From: the human T2T-CHM13v2.0 reference genome, Homo sapiens
Assembly: GCF_009914755.1 (NCBI RefSeq)
Contig: NC_060925.1
DNA length: 64,000 bases
Direction: 5' to 3' (one strand)
Numbering within the stretch: the first letter of the stretch is position 1; every line of letters starts with the position of its first letter. Of this stretch, positions 52,037 to 64,000 are shown piece after piece. The position numbers and the translations under genes are program-made. A model generated the notes under the pieces. That model made no database searches and had not been told where the DNA came from. It saw only the letters and a list, made by a program, of their open reading frames with translations.

Positions 52037-54699
52037 CTTTTCTAGCTTTTCCAAAAACCATGTTTGGTTCTTTTGATTCCTTTTTAAAATTTTTTAGTCT
52101 GTACCTTATGCAATTAATTTTAATTATTTCTTTTCTTCAGCAAGCTTTGGGGTTAGTTTTTTCTTTTTTTCCCTACTTCCTTTAAGTGTATTATTAGATT
52201 GTTAATTTAAGATTTTTCTAACTTCTTAATGTAGGTGTTTAGTTCTATAAACTTTCCTCTTAACACTGCTTTTGCTGCATCTCAGAGATTTTTGGTTTGT
52301 ATCTTTGTTTTCATTTATTTCAAATTTTTTTTGTGATTTCTGCCTTAATTTCATTGTTTAACCAAAAGTCATTCAGGAACAAGTTGTTTAATTTCCATAT
52401 AATTATGTGGTTTTTAGACATCTTCTTGGTATTGATTTCTATTTTTATTTTCATTTCACTGTGGTCTGAGAGTGTGGTTGGTATGATTTCTATTTTTCAA
52501 AATTTATCGATACTTCCTTGTGGCCAAGCATGTAGTCAATCTTAGAGTATGTTTCATGTGTGAATGAGAAGAATATAAACTCTGGTTACTGGGTGAAATA
52601 TTTTGTAGATATCTATTAGAACAAATTAGTCAATTGTGAGATTTCCATCTAGAATTTTTGTGTTAGTTTTCAGCCTCAATGATCTGTCTGTCACTGTCAG
52701 TTGGATGTCATAGTCCCCCACTATTGTTGTGTGGATAAGTTTTTTTGTCGGTCTAGAAGTACTTGTTTTATGAATCTGGTTGGTCCAATGTTGAATCTGT
52801 ATATATTTAGCATAGTTAAGTCTTCTTGTGCAATTGAACCCTTTATCATTATGTAATGCCCTTCTTTGTCTTTTTTAACTGTTATCAGTTTTAAAGTTGG
52901 TTTTATCTGATATAAGAATAGAGACCCATGTTCTTTTCTGCTCTCCATTTGTGTGATACATCATTCTCTACCACATTACCTTGAGCCTATGAGCGTCATT
53001 ATGTGTGGGATAGGTATGCTGAAGACAGCAGATGGATGGATCTTGTTTTTTTGTTTGTTTTGTTTTGTTTTTATCAAATTCACTTCTCTGTTCCCTATAT
53101 GTGGAGTGGTCAGACAATTTACATTCAAGATTAATATTGATATGTGAAATTTTTGATCCTATCTTGAAGTTGTTAGCCTGTTGCTTTACAGTTTCTATTG
53201 TGTAGCTGCTTTATCGAATCTGTGGGCTACGTACATAAGTTTGTTTTTGTGGTAGCAGGTATCATTCTATTATTTCCATGTTTAGAACTCCCTTAAGGAT
53301 CTCTTGTAAGACTGGTCTAGTGGTAATGAATTCTGTTAATGATTGCTTGTCTGCAAACTATTTTGTTTCTTTTTAGTTTATGAAGCTTAGTTTGGCAGAA
53401 TATATATTTCTTGTCGGAATTTTTTTTTTTTTTTTGGATAATGCAAACATAGGCCCCCAATCTCTTCTGGCTTATAAGATTTCTGCTGAGAAATCTGTTG
53501 TTAGCCTGATGGGGTTCCCCTTGTTTATAATCTCACCTTTTTCTCTAGCTGCCTTTAAGATGTTTTTAGTGTTGACCCTGTACAGTGATGTTCATTGTGT
53601 ATAGTATCTTGCAGGTGCATTCTGGATTTCTTATATCTGGATGTTTACTTCTTTGGCAAAATTAGGGATTTTTTTTGAATTATTCTCTCAGATATGTTTT
53701 ACAGGTTATTTACTTTGTCTCCTACCTCAAGGATGCCAATAATTTATAGCTTTGGTAACTTGACATAATCCTATATTTCTCAAACACTTTGTTCATTTTT
53801 AAAAATTCATTTTTCTTTATTTTTGTCTGCATGTATTAGTTTGAAAGACCAGTCTTCATGCTATAAAAGTGTTTCTTCTGCTTGGTCTAATCTACTGATA
53901 AAGCTTTCAATTGTATTTTGAAGTTTCTTAAGTGAATTTTTCAATTACAAAAGTCCTAATTGATTTCCTTATAAGATGTTTATTTCTTCCTTCATTTTCT
54001 GCATTGCTTTAGAAGTTTCTTTGTGTTTATTTTCAATTGTGTCTAGGGTCTCATTGAGCTTTCTTACAATCCATGCTTTGAATTCTTTATCTGTCATTTC
54101 TGAGTTTTCATTTTGGTTAGAGACCATTACTGAAGAGCTAGTATGATCCTTTGGTGGTGTCAAAACATCGAGATTTTTCATGGTGCCAGAACTCTTGCTC
54201 TGGTTCCTTCTTATCTGGAAACACTTCAAATTTTTGTATTTATTTTCATGTGGATAGAATTTTTTTCTTTCCTTCCACCTAAGTCATACTTAGAGGATAT
54301 GACTGTAGAGTTGGGTAGGGTTCTTTGGCTTTGATTCCAGAGCATTGTGGACTTTGGTCAGCATGTTTTATATTGAGCTGTGAGGTTCAACTTAAAAGTC
54401 AGTAGATGTTGCTTATGGGTAAGAACTGACTGCCACCAAGGCAGATGGGTATATACTTAATTCTTACTTACTGAAATAAGCTTTCTGTTGCCTTGGGCAA
54501 TGGGCTGAACCATGGAACTCACAGTAGTCTGAGTTCAGGAGTTGGGGATGAAGATGAACAGGGCTGGTCCAGGCAGACCCACGTACATGTTCCCCAATGG
54601 CAAGCACAAGCACCAGTGCCAAGGGGGGTCCAGTGGGCAGCCAACGAGCACCCATAGGTATATCTTGTCATGGAGCTGTGAAATCTCAGCCCAAGATTC

Positions 54700-55075
54700 T
54701 CTGCATTGGGTTGGGGGGTGGCCTAAACTACTCATGGGGAGTGGGTGTTCCTGATGCCTGGAGATCTGCCTAGGTGTGAAGTGTAGAAGACCCTGCTGAA
54801 CCACAATCTCTTCATGAGATCGGTGGGGCAGCTTAGGCTTCTGATCCAGAAGAGTGGGTGCTCTAAATCCCTGGAGGTATGCCAGGATGAGAAGCTGAGA
54901 GGACCCTGCTTTACCATGGTCTCTACACAGGAAGTGCAGCCTGTTGATCCAGGAGAACAAGTGTTTCAAATACCTGGGGATCTGCCTGAGCATAGAGCAT
55001 AGAGGGTCCTGTTGCATCATGATCTTTCCACAGGAAGGTGGGGCAGCTTAGGCTCCTGAACCAGATGAACAGGAA
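54700..55075. repeat. Degenerate ~105-115-bp tandem repeats in the L1P4 5'UTR (about 3 copies)
   Basis: Recurrent 'CCTGGAGATCTGCCT/CCTGGGGATCTGCCT' and 'GGTGGGGCAGCTTAGGCT..TGA.CCAG'. Confidence 0.7.
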
Positions 55076-55529
55076 CACAATTCTTAACAAAATATTACCA
55101 AATGCAATTCAGTAAATGTTTAAAAATTTATATCATGATCAAATAGATTTTATACCAAGAATGAAAAACTATTTAAATATTCAAAAACAAATCAGGGTAA
55201 ACCAATTCACAGGCTAAAAAAAGAAAAAAAAAATACATAAAAAGATAAATTGATGTAGAAAAAGCATGTGATAAAATTTAAAACCTACTTATGATAAATA
55301 TTCCCAGAGAACTAGGAATAGATTGGCTCTTACTTAACTTGATAAGCAACATTTTCAAAAATCCTACAGCTGACATTATATTTGATGTGGAAAGCCCGAA
55401 TGATTTTGTTTTATGTTCAGGAATAAGGCAAGGAAATCCGTTCTCATCACTTTTTTTCAATATAGTGCTGTAAATTTCAGCCAATGTAATAAGCAAAAAC
55501 TAAAATAAAATGAAAAACAACAGAGGTTT

Positions 55530-55613
55530 CTGTGGCCTTCTGCAAAGTCAGAGTGGGGATACTTTGCCAACATAAAAGTTGCTTCTCATACCTAAACTTT
55601 TTCTCTCAATCAA

Positions 55614-55661
<48 letters not shown>

Positions 55662-55950
55662 AGATATGAAATGTTTTACTACTTGCATAGTTGATGTGCC
55701 TGGGAAGAACAGCACAGTCCTTCAAGCAGGTCCAAAATTGGCTTCAGAGAACAAAGAAAGGGGACTTTCTGGCATATTACTGTGGTTAGGACTTGGGGCC
55801 AACATGAGTTTTCTTTCATTAGCAGGGGCCCATGTTGTCTAAACCTTCCACACGATCCAAAAGAAAAAACTCTTAAGTTTTCTTATGTACTTATTCATAT
55901 ATGGGGCACAAAAGAAAATGGAAGAGGTGAGGCTTCATAGTTTTCAGCAG
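55530..55950. mobile_element. Probable old ERVL-class LTR fragment containing a (CT)n(CA)n microsatellite (55615-55659)
   Basis: GC-richer block interrupting the L1; family not confidently identified. Confidence 0.35.
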
Positions 55951-55953
55951 TCA

Positions 55954-56100
55954 GGCCAGGTGCATGGCTCATGCCTGTAATCCCAGCACTTTGGAACGCC
56001 AAGGCAGGTGGATCACGAGGTCAGGAGATTGAGACCATCCTGGCCAACATGGTCAAACCCTGTCTCTACTAAAATACAAAAAAATTAGCTGGGTGTGGTG
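55954..56100 (+). mobile_element. AluSc-like, 3'-truncated (left arm plus start of right arm)
   Basis: GGCCAGGTGCATGGCTCATGCCTGTAATCCCAGCAC...GATCACGAGGTCAGGAG...AATTAGCTGGGTGTGGTG, then L1 ORF2 sequence with no tail. Confidence 0.9.
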
Positions 56101-56990
56101 AAGATTTGTATGCTGAAACCTATAAAACAGAAAAAAAATCAAATATATAAATAGAGAATCATTATCATGTTCACTGTTTGAAAGACCATCATAGTAAATA
56201 TATAAATTATTTGCATAGTGATATACAGATTTAACTCAATTCCTATTAAAATTTAGGTCTCATTTTTTGTAGGTATGTAAAAGATTATTCTAAAATGTAT
56301 GTGGACAGGGAAAGATACTATAATAAATAACACTAATTTGGAAAAGAAGAATAAAGTGGGCAGAATCAGTCTATCAGATTGTATTATATAGATGCAGATA
56401 TCAAGATTGTGATATTGAAGGTGGATTGGCCCACAGACTGATAAAACAAAATAAAAAAAAACCCACACAAAGTAGACACATTCAAATATCCTCAAATTAC
56501 TTTTTACAAGTATTCAAAATAATTCAATAGAAAATAGATAGCCTTATATAGAGGAATGATGTTGGAGCAATTGTGTATATATAGGCCAAAAAATACACAA
56601 AGACACAAAACAAAACAAATCCTTGATGTAATCATCACATCTTCTAAAAATATTAGCTCCAGATGGATTAAAGAGTTAAATATATAATATGAAACTTTTA
56701 GAAAAGTGAATAGAAAGAAATAGTCATGACCTTGGGTAGGCAAAAATTTCTTAGACATGACAGCAAAAACACAGTACATAAAAGAAAAATTTATAAATTG
56801 GGCTTAATCCAAACCAAAAAACGGTTTTCTCTGTGACTCCTTTAAGAGGATGAAAATACAAATTACTGAGTGGGAGAAAATATTTACATATCACATACAA
56901 AACAAGAGTAGTACCTAGAATACATGAAGAATGTTCAAAACTCAACAGTGAGTAAACAAATAATTTGATTAGAAAATTGACAAAAAACAT

Positions 56991-57108
56991 GAAGAAACAT
57001 TTCACCTATTTTACCAGAGAGAATGTACAAATGGCAGATAAGCAAATAAGAAGAAACATTTCACACATTTTACCAGAGAGAATGTACAAATGGCAAATAA
57101 GCAGATTA
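56991..57108. repeat. 59-bp tandem duplication inside the L1M
   Basis: GAAGAAACATTTCAC..ATTTTACCAGAGAGAATGTACAAATGGCA.ATAAGCA occurs at 56991 and 57050. Confidence 0.9.
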
Positions 57109-57620
57109 AAAAGTTTCAACATCATTATCCATTAGGAAAACTCGAATTAAAACTACAGTGGGAAATCATTATATATCTACCAGAATGAAAAAAAAAAATG
57201 AAATGTATTTACAACACCAAATGTTTATGAGAATGCAGAGAAATTGGATCACACATTGCTGGTGGAATGTAAAATGGTACAGTCCCTATGAAAAACAGTT
57301 GGGCAGATTCTTAAACAAACAGGCAAACCAGAGAAACAAAAACAAAAACAAAAAAAACTAAATATCCAGTCACTACGCCAGTCATCAATTATTCTCCCAG
57401 GTATTTACCCCAGAGAAAGAGAAACTTATGTTTACACAAAAAGTAGTACCCAAATGTTTTATTTGTATGGAAAAAACTAGAAACAATTTGGTGTCATTCA
57501 ACAGGTGAATGTTTAAGCAAATTGTGGCCTATCCCTAATATTGAATGCTGCTCATCAATAAAAAAGAACAATATGTTTGATATCATTTAGATATTTGTCC
57601 CCATAAAAATCTCAAGTTGA

Positions 57621-58033
57621 TCGTGATACTTATTCACTATCATGAGAACTGCATGGAAAAACCTTGCCCCAATGATTTAATTACCTTCCATGGGGTCCCT
57701 CCCAGGACATGTGATGATTATGAGAGCTACAATTCAAGATGAGATTTTGGGTGGGGACACACAGTCAAACAATATCACTTAACTTCAATCACATAAAAAA
57801 TCTTGGCTTTTTTAACAGCTTAATTCCCACCTCTTTTATTTTTAATGTCACACATTACACATTTATACATTTATTTGTCCAAACATATACACTAAATAGT
57901 GTGTAATGCATTAGTCTCCTGAGTTATGTAAAAAAAAAAAAATGTGGAGTTTCAAACCAAAATTATAATACCAGCTATTAAACTAATAATTTTTAATGTA
58001 ATTGTCTCTTAAATCATGTAGAAAACAAATATT
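57621..58033. repeat. Direct duplicate of the THE1 5'LTR/L1 flank junction at 59887-60240
   Basis: Both copies read LTR end, then CTTAACTT.AAT.ACATA.AAAA...ATTCCCACCTCTTTTA...TCTCTTAAAT.ATGTAGAAAACAAA.ATT. Confidence 0.85.
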
Positions 58034-58039
58034 ACAGCT

Positions 58040-59176
58040 TGTCTTAGTCAGTTCTCACCCTGCTAACACATACAAGAGAATTGATAATTTATAAGAAAAG
58101 GAGGTTTAATTGGCTCACAGTTCCATATGTCTGGGGAGGCTTCATAATCATGGCAGAAGATGAAGGAAGACCAAAAGGATGTCTTACATGGTGGCCAGCA
58201 AAGAGAGAATAAGAGTCAAGCAAAAGGGAAAACCCCTTATATAACCATCAGATCTCATGAGACTTATTCACCACCATGAGAATAGTATGGGGGAAACTCC
58301 ACCAGTGACTCAATTATCTCTCAACAGGTCCCTCCCACAACACATGGGAATTATGAGAGCTACAATTCAACATGAGATTTGGGTGGGGACACAGCTAAAA
58401 CATATCATTCCACCCCTGTCCCCCCGATTATCATGTCCTCACATTTCAAAACCAATCATGCCTTCCAAACAGTCCCCAAAGTCTTAACTCATTTCAGCAT
58501 TAACTCAAAAGTCCCCAGTCCAAAGTCTTATCTGAGACAAGGCAAGTCCTTTTCACCTATGAACCTCTAAAATTAAAAGCAAGTTAGTTACTTCCTAGAT
58601 ACAATGGGGGTGCAGGCATTCTGTAAACATACCCATTGCAAATGGGAAAAATTAGCCAAAACGAAGGGGCTACAGGTCCCATGCAAGTCCGAAATCTAAC
58701 AGGGCAGCCATTAAATCCCACATTTTCCTTCCACACTGCCCTAAAGGAGGTTCTCCATGAGGGCCCCGTTGCTGAGGCTAACTTCTGCTTGGACAACCAG
58801 GCATTTCCGTACATCCTCTGAAATCTAGGCAGAGGTTCCCAAACCTCAATTCTTGACTTCTGAGCACCTGCAGGCTCAACACCAGGTGGAAACTGCCAAG
58901 GCTTGGGGCTTGCACCCTCTGAATCCATGGCCTGAACTGTATCTTTGTCCCTTTTTGGCACAGCTGGAGCAGCTGGGACACAAGGCTGCACAGAGCAGGC
59001 AGGCCCTGGGCCTGGCTCACAAAACCATTTTTCCCTCCTAGGCCTATGATGGGAGGCTTCGCTACAAAGGTCTCTGACATGCCTTGAAGACATTTTCCCC
59101 ATTGTCTTGGTGATTAACACTTGGCTAAGTGACTTATGCAAATTTTTGCAGCTGGCTTGAATTTCTCCTCAGAATA

Positions 59177-59226
<50 letters not shown>

Positions 59227-59983
59227 ATTGCATCATCAGGCTGAAAATTTTCCAAATCTTTATTCTCTGCTTCCTCTTGAATGCTTTGCTGCTAAGAAAT
59301 TTCTTCCCCTAGATACCCTAAATCATCTATCTCAAGTTCAAAGTTTCACATATCTCTAGGGCAGGGGCAAAATTCCGCCAGTCTCTTTTCTAAAGCACAG
59401 CAAGAGTGACTTTTACTCCAGTTCCCAAAAAGTTTCTCATGTCCATCTGAGACCATGTCAGCCTGGACTTTATTGTCCATATCACTATCAGCATTTTAGT
59501 CAAAGCTATTTAACAAGTCTCTAGGAAATTCCAAACTTTCCCACATTTTCCTGTCTTCTTCTGAGCCCTCCAAACGGTTTCAGCCTCTACCTGTTACCTA
59601 GTTCCAATGTCACTTCCACATTTTTTGGGTATCTATAGATTAGCATCACTCTCTCACTACCAATTTATCATATTAGTCCATTCTCATGCTGCTAATAAAG
59701 GCATACTCAAACTGAGTAATTTATAAAAGAAAGAGGTTTAATGGATTCACAGTTCCACATGGCTGGGGAGGCCTCACAATCATGGTGGAAGATGAAGGGA
59801 AAGCAAAGGGACATGTTACATGGCAGCCAGCAAAAAGAGAATGAGAGCCAAGTGAAAGGGGAAACCTTTTATATAACCATCAGATCTCGTGAGACTTATT
59901 CACTACCACAAGAACAGTATGGGGAAACTGCCCCCGTGCAATGCAAGATGAGATTTGCATGGGGACACAGACAAATCACATAA
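58040..59983 (-). mobile_element. THE1 (THE1C-like) MaLR with two LTRs (58040-58407, 59669-59983) and a partly deleted internal region
   Basis: Two direct LTRs (..TTAGTC..TTCTCA..CTGCTAA...GGGGACACAG) flank THE1-int. A (TA)n microsatellite lies at ~59174-59222. Confidence 0.92.
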
Positions 59984-61720
59984 CTTAACTTTAATAACAT
60001 ACAAAATATAGGCTTTTCTAACAGCTTGATTCCCACCTCTTTTAGTTTTAGTGTCACAAAATTACATTTTTATAGATTTATTTGTCCAAACACATACACT
60101 AACAAGTGTTTTAATATATTAGTCTTTTGGGTTATATAAAAAACCAAAATATGGAGTTACAAACCAAAATCATAATACTAGATATTAGACTAATAATTTT
60201 TAATGTAATTATCTCTTAAATAATGTAGAAAACAAAAATTGAAACTATACATTATTGTTAGAATAATAGTAGATTTTATCATTGGTCATGTACTTAGCCT
60301 TGCTGAGATCTTTATAGGTTTTTACATCTTTGTTTTACTGTCTAGTATCCTCCATTTTAACCTACATGACTCTCTTTACCATTTGCTATAGGCGAGATCT
60401 AATGGTATCAAAGTGCCTCAACTTGTATTTATCTAGGAATGTCTTACTTTGTCCCTCACTTTTTAAGGACAGTTTTGCCAGGAGAGATTTTTTTCTATCA
60501 TTTGATCTTTTTTTTTTTCTGCCTATTCTGGGTTGACAGTGGTTTTTTTGTTTTTGTTTTTGTTTTTGCAGTTTGAATATATCAGCCCACTGCCTCAGAC
60601 TACAAAAGTTTCTGATGAGAAATTTGCTAATAATTTTAATTGAAAATCTCTTGTGCATGACAAGTTACTTTTCTCTTTCTACTTTTAAGAGTTTCTCTTT
60701 GTCTTTGGCTTTTGATGATTTTATTACAATGTGTCTTTTTGCAGGTCTCTCAGTTCAGTAAAACTTGAAGTTTATTAAACCCCTTGAATGTTTATATTCA
60801 TGTCATTCATCAAACATGGACATTTTTCAGGTATTACTACTTCAAACTGACTTTATTCCCTTTTTTTCCTCTCATTTATTTCTCTGACAAATGCTCATTT
60901 GTTCCACTCCATCGGATACCTTAGGTTCTGTTCACTTTTCTGTTCCTAAGACTCAATGATTTCCATTGTCCTCTCTTGAAGTTTACTGATGCTTTCTTAT
61001 GCCTGTGGTGACTATGGAAATCAGATTCTTCCCCTTCCCCAGGGTTTTCCATTTTTCAATTTTGTTCTTTGCATGTTTTCCATTGTTGTAGATAACTTCT
61101 GTGCCGAGTATCAGCCTCATATGTAAACTTAAGGTTTTCTCAAGTCTTTTCTGAGCCTGTACATTTGTCTGGGATGTGTGGTGACTTTCTAATTTCCACC
61201 TATATGCAGTTGCTTTTGAATGGTTTAGTCTTCCATGTCTGATTTCCAAAAGATAAAATGGAGAAAAGTGAAGGGAGTGAAGTTAAAGGCTCTTTATTTC
61301 CTCCGGAAGCCACTACAGCCAGTGAAAGAGTGGCTTGCAACAATGGAGAAAAGTGCAACAATAATGTCAGCTACTTCTTTTTCTATGATTAGAAATAGCA
61401 GTCAGCAATCAGAGCACAGATACTTGATTTTTGGAAGGCAGGATCCTTTTTGTCCACCTGGCTCCTGGAGACTGTGAGGAAGCTGCTCCAGGGATATGTG
61501 CATGGTGCTAAGGAGTCAGGGATGGGTAGCTGCTACTGTGCTAAGTTATGAAATGGATCAACATTAATCATAATTCATACTTCAAGCCTTCCTGTGGAAG
61601 TTTCAAGCCTACAATAGACTCCAGAATTTCAAAACACTTACATCAAATTGCTGGTGCAATTGTTACCTAAGTAGGGAACAGATTTCTGGTGCTTCTTACT
61701 TTGCCATCTTTCCAGACCCT
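59984..61720 (-). mobile_element. Old L1M (L1MB/L1M4-like) inter-ORF region, ORF1 and 5'UTR
   Basis: ORF1-like remnant 60386-60658 (RQWADIFK...LAKLSLKSEGQSKTFLDKYKLRHF); ends in 'TTTGCCATCTTTCC', an L1 5'-type terminus. Confidence 0.7.
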
Positions 61721-62238
61721 CTCTCCTGTGCCAGACTGTTGCTTTTTAGGAAATAGACAATGAGCCATCTAGGAGAAGATATATGTCTGGCAGAGAGCCA
61801 AGTCAGAATCTCATGGACACAGCGAATCAAAACTTTATTGATTCCCTTTCCTTGCCATATATATATATATATATACAAAATTACCATTTTAATGTCATTG
61901 AAGAGAAGTGAGCCCCTGAGAGCCCTGAGAGCACTAATAAGTATGTGGATTTATAATGCATTTCATGAATTCTGGTGGAAGTATGGAACACTGCTTCTTC
62001 ATAATTTCCTTTTTTTGATTCAACATGAATACTATAGTGACAGTCCCCAAAACGGTGAACTAGGCCCTTATGACAAGGCTAAATCAGTAAGAGAAATACC
62101 CACAATGCATTGTGAATAAGGACACTAAAAATAATAATGTTTACAAGAGGGGAAATCAGGTGATAAAAATCTACAGAATGAGATTATTATAGTCCAAAGT
62201 ACTAAACATCTAATCATGCTTGCATTTCATCCCTTGGG

Positions 62239-62269
<31 letters not shown>

Positions 62270-62286
62270 CGAGAGAGAGAGAGAGA
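62239..62286. repeat. Compound (GT)n(GA)n microsatellite
   Basis: Seen directly. Confidence 0.95.
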
Positions 62287-63186
62287 TGATACACTTTTAC
62301 TCTCTATAATTTCTGTCCATACATCTTCCTTGCTCCCTAATATGGAATTCCTATATATCCTTCCAAACTTGACTGAACTATCAGTTTTTCTATTAAGCCT
62401 GTCAAGATCTACCTGATCCCCATATCTGACTGACCACCTCCAGGATTCATCATTATCTCTCTCGTCTTCATCTAGAACTTTTATACATAATCTAGCTGGA
62501 TCTATGAACAGGCTGACTTTCAGTATTGACAAATTGCATATCTGCTTGTCCTCCTTAAAACATAATGGATATATTACTTCAGTGCAGATGTATAATTTAT
62601 CTTTGAATTCTTAGCACTTCACAGATACATTCAATAACTCATTTTTCAGTCGTATTTCATTTTATATTTGCTGATTTTCATTTGTCACTTATAATTAATC
62701 TGACGTTTTCTGAATTTCTACTAGGAAGCAAGCTGAGTGCTACGTATTTATTGTTAAAATCAAGTTAGTTTCTGGCACACAGTGGTGAGAACAGTGATAC
62801 AGAAAACTGAAATAATTTAAAGTACAGTGTGAGTGGCAATATAGATGTAAGAGTGTCCAAGGTAAAGTAAGGAAAGACACATAATTTAAGCTGATTTATT
62901 TTTGTCAAGAGCCCCCATATACTTTTTGGCTTCTGTATTTTGATATTTGGTATAAGAATACTCATTGTCATGGAGTAAGGGCCAGATTGTTAACAATCAA
63001 GGAATTCTCTGGTTTCTTTATGTGAGCATTGTAGAATTTTTACAAAAACTAAAAAATGCACATACTAGAAAGTAAATTATGGAATTTTTGTTCAGCAATT
63101 TATTTCCTAACTCTCTGCTACCCTTGTAAAATACCTGCATATTGCCCTTGTGAGCTCTACTGATCACTTTAAGAAGTGCTTAATTC

Positions 63187-64000
63187 GGGATTCAGGATAA
63201 AGATGGCTGAATAGGAACAGCTCGAGTCTGCAGCTCCCAGTGAGATCGACACAGAAGGCGAGTGATTTCTGCATTTCCAACTGAGGTACCCGGTTCATCT
63301 CATTGGTTGGACAGTGGGTGCAACCCATGGAAGAAGAACAGGAGCAGGGTGGGGCGTTACTTCACTGGGGAAGTGCAAGGGGTCGGGGAATTTTCTCCCC
63401 TACCCAAGGGAAACTGTGAGGGACTGAGCCTGAGGAACCGGGCACTCCGGCCCAGATACTGCTCTTGTCCCATGGTCTTTGCAACTCACAGACCAGGAGA
63501 GTGCCTCTGGTGCCTACCCAACCAGGGCCCTGGGTTTCAAGCACAAAACTGGGTGGCCATTTGGGTAGACACTGAACTAGCTGCAGTAGTTTTTGTTGTT
63601 GTTGTTTTCTATACCCCAGTGGTGCCTGGAACGCCAAAGAGACAGAACCATTCGCTCCCCTAAAAAAGGGTGCTGAAGCCAGGGAGACAAGTGGTCTGGC
63701 TCAGCAGGTCTCCCCCAACAGAGCCCAGCAAGCTAAGATCCACTGGCTTGAAATTCTTGCTGCCAGCACAGCAGCAGTGTGAGATCAACCTGGGACACTT
63801 GAGCTTGGTGGGGGGAGGGGCGTCCACCATTGCTGAGGCTTTAGTAGGTGGTTTTACACTCACAGTGTAAACAAAGCCACCAGGAAGTTCAAACTGGGTG
63901 GAGCCCTCTGCAGCTCAGCAAGGCTACTGTGGCCAGACTGCCAGATCTCTTCTCTCTAGGGAGGGCATCTCTGAAAAAAAGGCAGCAGCCCCAGTAACCA
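63187..64000 (+). mobile_element. 5' end (internal promoter/5'UTR) of a second L1PA7/8-like LINE-1, running off the window
   Basis: GGG...AAGATGGCTGAATAGGAACAGCTC...CTGAGGTACC (YY1-site region). Preceded by TTT/AAGAAGTGCTTAATTC (63171-63186), a candidate left TSD at an L1 EN-type site. Confidence 0.93.

Larger units (their letters stand above)
48155..55075 (-). mobile_element. L1PA15/16 (L1P4)-like LINE-1 lacking its 3'UTR and extreme 5' end; hosts an insert at 49073-49408 and a MER11 LTR
   Basis: ORF2 remnants (48439-48807, 49925-50248 LFADNM, 52721-52948), ORF1 start (53969-54229) and a GC-richer 5'UTR with tandem repeats. Confidence 0.85.
55076..57575 (+). mobile_element. Old L1MC/L1MD-like ORF2 RT to 3' region, interrupted by an LTR-like fragment and an Alu
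   Basis: ORF 55291-55473 (SGIRQGNPFSSLFFNIVL), followed by C-terminal ORF2 text through 'GAAACTTATGTTTACACAAAAAG'. Confidence 0.8.

Noticed and set aside
54700-55075. Regularly spaced repeats as a CRISPR-like array
   Set aside because: These are degenerate whole-unit tandem repeats of an L1 5'UTR with no unique spacers, in eukaryotic DNA.
58584-59141. 185-aa ORF
   Set aside because: It lies within THE1 internal sequence and is a remnant of the MaLR ORF, with no sign of domestication.
62227-62532. 101-aa ORF
   Set aside because: It runs through probable decayed L2-like sequence and a (GT)n(GA)n microsatellite, and has no recognisable domain.

Overview
Human genomic DNA: it carries an L1 with the human-specific pre-Ta diagnostic bases. 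The window is AT-rich, CpG-poor and dominated by LINE-1, consistent with gene-poor intergenic or deep-intronic sequence. I recognise no host protein-coding gene, RNA gene or CpG island. Every ORF I could assign is LINE-1 ORF1/ORF2 debris, antisense/LTR read-through or low-complexity sequence, and the rest are short chance ORFs. Main contents: an old 5'-inverted L1MA (1.6-3.1 kb); an old L1M carrying a MER66-like solo LTR; a TSD-flanked L1PA7/8 (12.5-18.4 kb); a near-full-length L1MA2-like element with nested MST LTRs; a MADE1 hairpin; a young 5'-inverted L1HS pre-Ta with a compound tail (41.7-43.2 kb); an L1PA15/16-like element with a MER11 solo LTR and an unexplained insert; a two-LTR THE1 element with a duplicated junction; and a second L1PA7/8 5'UTR running off the window end. 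The best leads are (1) an L1PA7/8 5'UTR deletion whose ends fall on a GT donor and on the position of the known L1 nt-622 acceptor (SpIRE-like), (2) a probable short 3'-transduction tag in the L1HS tail, and (3) several templated-insertion or fold-back repair scars. I do not see a clearly new multi-gene system. Subfamily names come from remembered consensus sequences, not a search, and boundaries of old repeats are approximate.
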